Below, in pieces: positions 57,714-64,000 of a stretch of 64,000 bases of DNA. Position numbers and translations under genes: made by a program. Within the stretch, counting starts at the first letter, position 1, and each line of letters opens with the position of its first letter. Where the stretch lies: contig JARFYF010000001.1 in assembly GCA_030265395.1 (NCBI GenBank), forward strand, positions 60,507,996-60,571,995, in the 5' to 3' direction. A model generated the notes under the pieces. It did not search any database, was not told where the DNA came from, and saw only the letters and a program-made list of their open reading frames with translations. This DNA comes from Rhina ancylostomus (taxonomy: Eukaryota).

Positions 57714-59843
57714 GTAATGTAGTTAGTAATTTTCTGCTATATGTAAGGTTATAATATTTAACTGTTCTATAAATTATTAAAACTTATTGTGCTATCTATA
57801 AAATTTGGAATTTTGACAATGGCAATCCAATATGGGAATATCATTGTTTGTTTAAGTATGTTCTGTTAAACTTTCCTTCATCTCTGCAGATGTTGATTTG
57901 CCACTTAGCAGTGTTAACCAATACCAACCAAATAATTCATGCACTTGTATGAACTATACCTTTGAAAGTTGTTGGGTTGATAATGTTGCAGTTACTATTA
58001 CAATATGGATAGTATTAGACATAAACATACATTTTATCTTTACGTACTATGAATATATGATATTTCTCAGATGCTTATTGCTTCCTGCAACTGAGATGCA
58101 GGTACATTTTCCAGGTTACCAACTTCTTTTGACATATGTCAATGTTGGAGAATATAGAATAATTTTGGAGGACAGTTCACAGAACGTTATTCCCACCTTA
58201 TTACTAACTTATGATCAATGTAATGTAATATCAAAAATGATTTTGCAAAGCACAATCTAAAATTGACTGAATAAAAATAAAGTTAGTGTTCATTTTTATT
58301 TGGATTGTGGTTGGAGACAGGACTGTACCAGTTCCATTATCTATTACTTGGTTTGTCAGTTTACTCTGTTGTTCTTTAAGTATATGATTTCTTGCACGTT
58401 CAGATTTACTTGCATATTATCAATACATTTGAAACAAATGGTACAATTTCTGTAATTATACCTACAAATTAGGTGCAAAATTATACCATGTTGAAATGCC
58501 ACCTTTCCAAACTGTTGTTTAAATCTTTTGAAGGCCATAAATAAATTGAGAAAAAAAATTGGTAAAACAAGTCACACTATTTACCAGAATTCGCTATGTC
58601 TGTATAACAGTACTATGAAATACTAACAAATGCTGACCATAAAGAGGCCCTCAGCTCAGGAACCACAACCTGCTTTGCCATACCTTCCTCTAGAAGTCAT
58701 TTATGTTAACCTGCCATGGTTGTGCCTGTTAATCAATACTATGATTGAAATTAACAGTATTTGCATATGTGCAGGCTTGGAGGTCATATCCTGCAGTCAC
58801 CTATTTCCTGGAACTACTCTGACTACCCATTTTCTCCTTCAACTTTATAGACATTGTTATGCTATTTGGATGTGTCAGAAATCTGATTAAAAGGCAGGTG
58901 ATGCCTAGATAATTATCATATTTGTTTTCAAATTGTTCATCAAACAGTACAATTAGCAAAATCACAATTAATAAATTGGTATAGAAATAAAGAAATAGAG
59001 GCAATAAATTATTATAAATTACTTGTTTCTATGATTAATAATAAAATTGAGTACAGACATTTTTGAAATAAGGTGATGTCATTGTCAACACCTACATTTA
59101 GACTGCTTAAATTGCATTGTAGTATTATCAATTATATAATGTGTTCTTTGAAAACAGAGGAAGCATTTTGGTTCTGAGTGCAAAACTGATGACTTTGTAA
59201 ACACTTTTGAAATGTTATTTTTGCTATGGCTATCTGGACAGGTGTGACACATTTAAGTGTGTGTTAATTGCTTGCTTGAACTAGTTACTAAATGGCGATC
59301 AGAACTAATATGAACTGCCTCACCTGCTTATGTTCAATTCCTTTATGTCACCTCCACACAAGGTTGTTCTGGATATAAGCTATATCTTATAATTTCATGA
59401 TATGTTCCTTTGCGTAAAGGATATGCAAAGATTTGAATTTGTAGAATAAGTGAAAGGAATATTGGCTGTCATAAACATATACTATATTCTGAAGATAGCA
59501 ATATAATTGTCACATTTCATTTTCAGATATAATAAACAATTCCTTCATGTTACAAAACAGGTTTTTGCCTTCTTCAGCTACCCATGTTTCCTGTATGAGG
59601 AGTTCAGAAATTGATTTTTTTTCTTGTAGACTATATTACAGTGTGGAATTTGTTGAGTTTTTTATCTGTTTTGAATATTAATCTAATTTGATCTTCTCGT
59701 CCCTAAACTAGTTTAAATTTATATTAATTTTTTGTAGTCTATATTAATTACATGCTGTTGAAGAGCATGTAAATTTGTGAATTGCCCTGTTTGTGGACAT
59801 GGCATGCATAATTTCCCTAAATACTCATCTCCCTGCTCTGCAG

Positions 59844-59900
59844 TGAACCTAATGTCCTCGATGAATCCCAGGGGCTGGCTGCTGAGATTAACCTTTCTAG
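59844..59900 (+). CDS. UNC80: UNC80 exon 28 (SEPNVLDESQGLAAEINLS)
   Basis: ctgcag|T...TAG|gtacag; 57 nt, phase 2-2. Confidence 0.94.
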
Positions 59901-61097
59901 GTACAGTGCAATGTTGTATTTATGTCAATATTTGTGCTGGGAATCCTAATAAACAATTCCTTTTTCATTTAAAAAGTCTTGTTATCTAATTATCATCTGA
60001 CTTTTCCCCTTAAAAAAAACTTCCATTCACCTCTCTTTAATCTCATAAATTTTGTGTTGATTTTTTTTGTCTGTGGAACTGTGATTTAATTAAAAATCAG
60101 ATCTCCTGTGAAGATTTCCCATTACACTGATGTTATAATCTCATGGTCTCATAATGTTCATTTATGCACATGTGTCCCAGCTTTGTAAATGATCAAGTCT
60201 TTGATGGAAAATTGGATGGCAAAGGTGGAAATGTAGCTTAACGCACACAATTATTAAGAAGTAGGGAACCATAAAAGGCCCTTTTTTTCAATGACTTATC
60301 TCTGTCTACTGAAATATATTTACCCTAATTGATTTTAAGTAGCACCAGGAGGCACTTAAGGTGTAAACTGAAATAGCCCTATAAATTGCAGGGAAGCAGG
60401 AAAATAGGGAGACAGGAAATCTGACTAATGGCATTGCTCCCCTAGGAGCTAACATGGGTCACATGAGCCAGGTGGTCTCTTTCTGTGTCATTATAAGACC
60501 TAAAAACAATTGAGTGATGTCTCAGCACATAACTCAAGAAGAAATATTTTCATTCTTTAATTTGATTAAATTTATCTCAGACTGGTTGCATTTCTGTTAT
60601 TATATTAGATTTAGTAATGGAAAACAGGATATATGTCATCATTGCATTATTGATTTAAAAATTCATGCTCCCATTGTGTGCATACTTCCCAGCAAGTGGT
60701 GAAAGTGACACTAAATAATGTGAAGGACGTAAAATGTGAAAGATCTGGATTAATTGCCTTCCAATCTGATTTTTCACGCCAACATACTGTAGTGCCAGTT
60801 CTTTCTAGCACATCTGTTCAAGACATTTTTCTAGTATTATTATTGTTAATAAATTTAAGGATCTGATATTCTTTTCTGTTAACTTTTACATAATTCACTG
60901 AATCATCCAATGTCACCTGGAGGGATACAGTGAAGGACAATTACATGGAAACATTTCTTCTGTTTCTCCTCCCTATTGATTCTCTAGACCTTATAACATG
61001 CTGCATCATAATCTATTACTGATCATCCATTAGCACAGCTTTATCTATTATCCAACAGTTTTTATAGCCTAGTGAATATCATCTTAAGCGCATAAAA

Positions 61098-61490
61098 TCA
61101 CAGAATCATCCAGCACAGAAACAGGCCCTTTCAGCCCACCTTATTTATGCCAACTGTGATGCCTATCTGTGCTAATCCCATTTTCCTGCATTAGCCTGTT
61201 TCCCTCTACAGCTTTTCTATCCAAGTAAATGTTATAGTTGTATTTGCCTCCACCACCTCCTCTGACAGCTTCTTCCAGATATTCACCACCCTCTGTGTGG
61301 AAAAAAAAATTACCCCTCAGATCTCCTTTTAAATTCCTCCCCTCTCATCTTAAATCAGTGCCTACTAGTTCCAGGCTCCTGCCCTAGGGAGAAAAATTCT
61401 GACTATCTGTCTTATCTATGCCAGTCAAAATTTTACAAACCTTTTATAAAGTCACCGCTCAGCCTCCTACCTTCCACTAAGAACATGTGA
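61098..61490 (-). mobile_element. CR1 3' end
   Basis: CAGAATCATCCAGCACAGAAACAGGCCCTTTCAGCCCAC..AAGTCACCGCTCAGCCTCC. Confidence 0.8.
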
Positions 61491-62426
61491 GCTCAGTTTT
61501 GATTTGAATATGATCTTCACTACAAAAGCAACAAAATCTCTGCCTGTGTAATCTGCCCAACAGATGCAGATACAATAACATGGGTGACTTCCTTGGGGCA
61601 GTTGGGTGTAGAATATGTGCCAGTAGGCAGTTTCATATACAGCTTTTTGAACTTAGAAATATTGACTATTTTCAATTTAGCAGGAATATTTCTTGAAAAT
61701 AAAATTATATCCAGTAAAAGATTGAAATTTTGATGCCCCCCTTTTATTCTTTATTGTTGCTTTATATTTGAAATAAAATTGCTCACTCCACCGTTGCCAG
61801 ACATATTTTTGTGATTCAGCAAACTTTTGTGATTTCAGTAGTTTTTGCTTCTGTTTTAGCAGTTTTATCTTCTGAGTGAAATTATGTTCCGTTTAGCCTT
61901 TTGCATGTTGGAACAAATTTATTTGGGCTGAAATACAAAAATATTCTTTTGGCAAAATGAAAACATTGCTTTTGTGGTATTATTTACACTGGATTTCAGA
62001 GTTTTAGTAAAATCTGCATCTTATTGTTAGACTTAGCTCAGACCATTTTTAATCTTGACTAAGTAATTAGAAATGAATTTTATGAAATCACTGGCTGAAA
62101 AAATGGACAAGTGTTTTTAATCTTTAATGCATGAAAATTTTAAACAAAAATTTTCGTACAATCCTCAAAAATTACATATAGTCCTGTAAATGGAGCTTAA
62201 ATTGGGTGGCTTTAATTTATGAACAATGTGCTTGCTTGAATTAAAAGCAATATTTGAGATTCTTCCAGTCAATTGGTCTTCAAGGTCAATCTAGAAACCA
62301 AGCTATAGCACTGCCATCAGTGTTAGATTAGAATTGCTTATCACAAAAACGTGAAGCAAGCACTGCTATTCTTTTTACTGAATAATTAACATTTGTAATC
62401 TCATTTGTGTTTAATATGCTCAACAG

Positions 62427-62508
62427 GGTTTCAAGTGTACAAAGTGAACCTGGTCAGCAGAATCTTCTTGTCCAACAACCTTTGGGAAGGAAGAGAGGTC
62501 TAAGACAG
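62427..62508 (+). CDS. UNC80: UNC80 exon 29 (RVSSVQSEPGQQNLLVQQPLGRKRGLRQ); gene continues beyond the window
   Basis: caacag|G...CAG|gtgaga; 82 nt, phase 2-0. Confidence 0.96.
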
Positions 62509-63649
62509 GTGAGAATGAATTTTGATCTTTCAGAGTAATGCTGAAAATTCAGGAATTGATCTATGAATATTATTTTGGAATGGATAAGGAGAAAATTATC
62601 TCAAAATGTTGATTTAATATTTTAAGGTTCCTTAAAACATAAAGTGCTGGATCACCAGCTTGGGCATCTGTCTGTGGCTTTATTGATAGTTTGTAGCTGC
62701 AGCGTGTGCCACTTGTAGTCCAACAATGGACCAGCCAAAATACAGAGTTCATCAGGCTAGACCTCTGATAACTCCACCTTGCTTGTCAATCATCAGTGCA
62801 GGGTGAGCACATTTATGCTCACGCCTTGTAATATTGGTCTTTCTAGGTGTTTAAAATGAACATCCCTGGGGACTGTTCTTGGCTGTGGCCTTTCTTGGGG
62901 TAGACAGTAGCCACATTTGAACCCACACCACAAATAAGGACAAAGCTGAGAAACACCACCAAGGTTTTCCTTCATCTGTGCCCTGGGACGAAGGGTATGT
63001 TTAAAAATAAATACTTCTGCATTACCCACATATAAACAGTAGGCTGCTCTACCCACATATAAACAGCATCAATATCTTCCCTCCACCACTATGAAACCAA
63101 AACTCAGCACTGTATTTCCTTCCCTGAGCTTAGAAAGCCTACTTGTTGCTGCAGCCTTGCTGGATGCCTCCTTTGCTGTTGAATCCTATACTTGCATCAG
63201 ACTGCACTTCACTTCCAGAATTCTGGAAAGTTGGTTACTTCAGGATTTGTAGCATTAAACGATATGACGTCAGCGCAAACCTGGGAGAAACAAAGTTTAT
63301 GGATGCAAGCAGAATTTCTGGCTGCACTTTCACCAAACTTATAGCAGTAGAACAGGAGTGATGGAAACAAAATTCATGAATGATTACATTGTATAAGGAC
63401 CTTTTGTTCTCTTGTTGAAGTTCAGTGTATACTAAAATTACAGTCTCTTTCCAAAGGTTGTGTAAGGAAATATTTTGCTCAAAAGATTTCCAAAGAAGCA
63501 CCAGAAGTTGCAAAAGATCTTAACATCTTTTTACTCTTTAAAAACAAAAGTAGGGAATTCTTATGACTCTTCAGAATTTTGTTGCACGCTAGGATTCCTT
63601 TCAAATACATTATAGGAGTGCAGAATTGTGATCATGTGTTTCCTGAGTA

Positions 63650-63875
63650 CACTATTACAGCGCCAGCGATCGGGGTTCAATTCCCGTCGCTGTCTGTAAG
63701 GAGTTTGTACATTCTCTGTGTCTGCATGGGTTTCCTCCAGATGCTCCAGTTTCCTCCCACATTCCAAAGGCATACAGGTAGGTTAACATGGGTTTAAAAA
63801 AAATGGGTGGTGCAGACTTGTTGGGCCGGAAGGGCCTGTTACCATGCTATAAATAAAAATCTAAAATTTAAATTT
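63650..63875 (+). mobile_element. HE1-like V-SINE, 5'-truncated, close relative of the copy at 15740-15985
   Basis: CTATTACAGCGCCAGCGATCGGGGTTCAATTCC..GGGTTTCCTCCAGATGCTCCAGTTTCCTCCCACATTCCAAAG..GGGCCGGAAGGGCCTGTTACC. Confidence 0.85.
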
Positions 63876-64000
63876 AGATAGGAACCCACACGATGGATCC
63901 TCAAACCCCACTGCCAGGTTTGTCCAACTGAAAACCTTAAGCCATTTGTGATCTTGACAATATCCTGGTTATTAACTGAAATTCTTCTCACTTTTGGCAA

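Noticed and set aside
57870-57900. Strong-looking acceptor CTTCATCTCTGCAG
   Set aside because: There is an immediate in-frame stop and no convincing downstream donor or homology.
1-64000. Prokaryotic-type systems (CRISPR arrays, operons, defence islands)
   Set aside because: The sequence is a spliced vertebrate gene; no repeat-spacer arrays or long intact ORFs were seen.

Overview
AT-rich vertebrate genomic DNA. The repeat content (HE1/V-SINE-like and Deu-domain SINEs, abundant CR1, Rex1/Babar and Penelope-like tails) points to a cartilaginous fish, which is an inference. The whole window lies inside one + strand gene, UNC80, the large scaffold subunit of the NALCN sodium-leak channel complex. 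I could reconstruct 29 consecutive coding exons (2607-62508; 4155 nt, 1385 codons, no stops, all splice phases compatible). The 5' part and the last exons lie outside the window. One intron (30413-31798) uses a non-canonical GC-AG donor. The introns hold decayed transposons. The most unusual is a roughly 3.3 kb near-complete fossil R2-clade retrotransposon (RT, CCHC and restriction-like endonuclease motifs) lying antisense in an UNC80 intron with no 28S rDNA target flanks. Other notable items are a clean solo LTR with a 4-bp TSD, a 203-bp palindromic Penelope-derived mini-element with a 14-bp TSD, hammerhead-ribozyme-like cores in Penelope tails, and several candidate poison or micro-exons. 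I see no evidence for a new multi-gene system. Most ORFs in the six-frame track are spurious, TE-derived, or UNC80 exons reading into introns. All homology calls are from recalled sequences, not from database searches.
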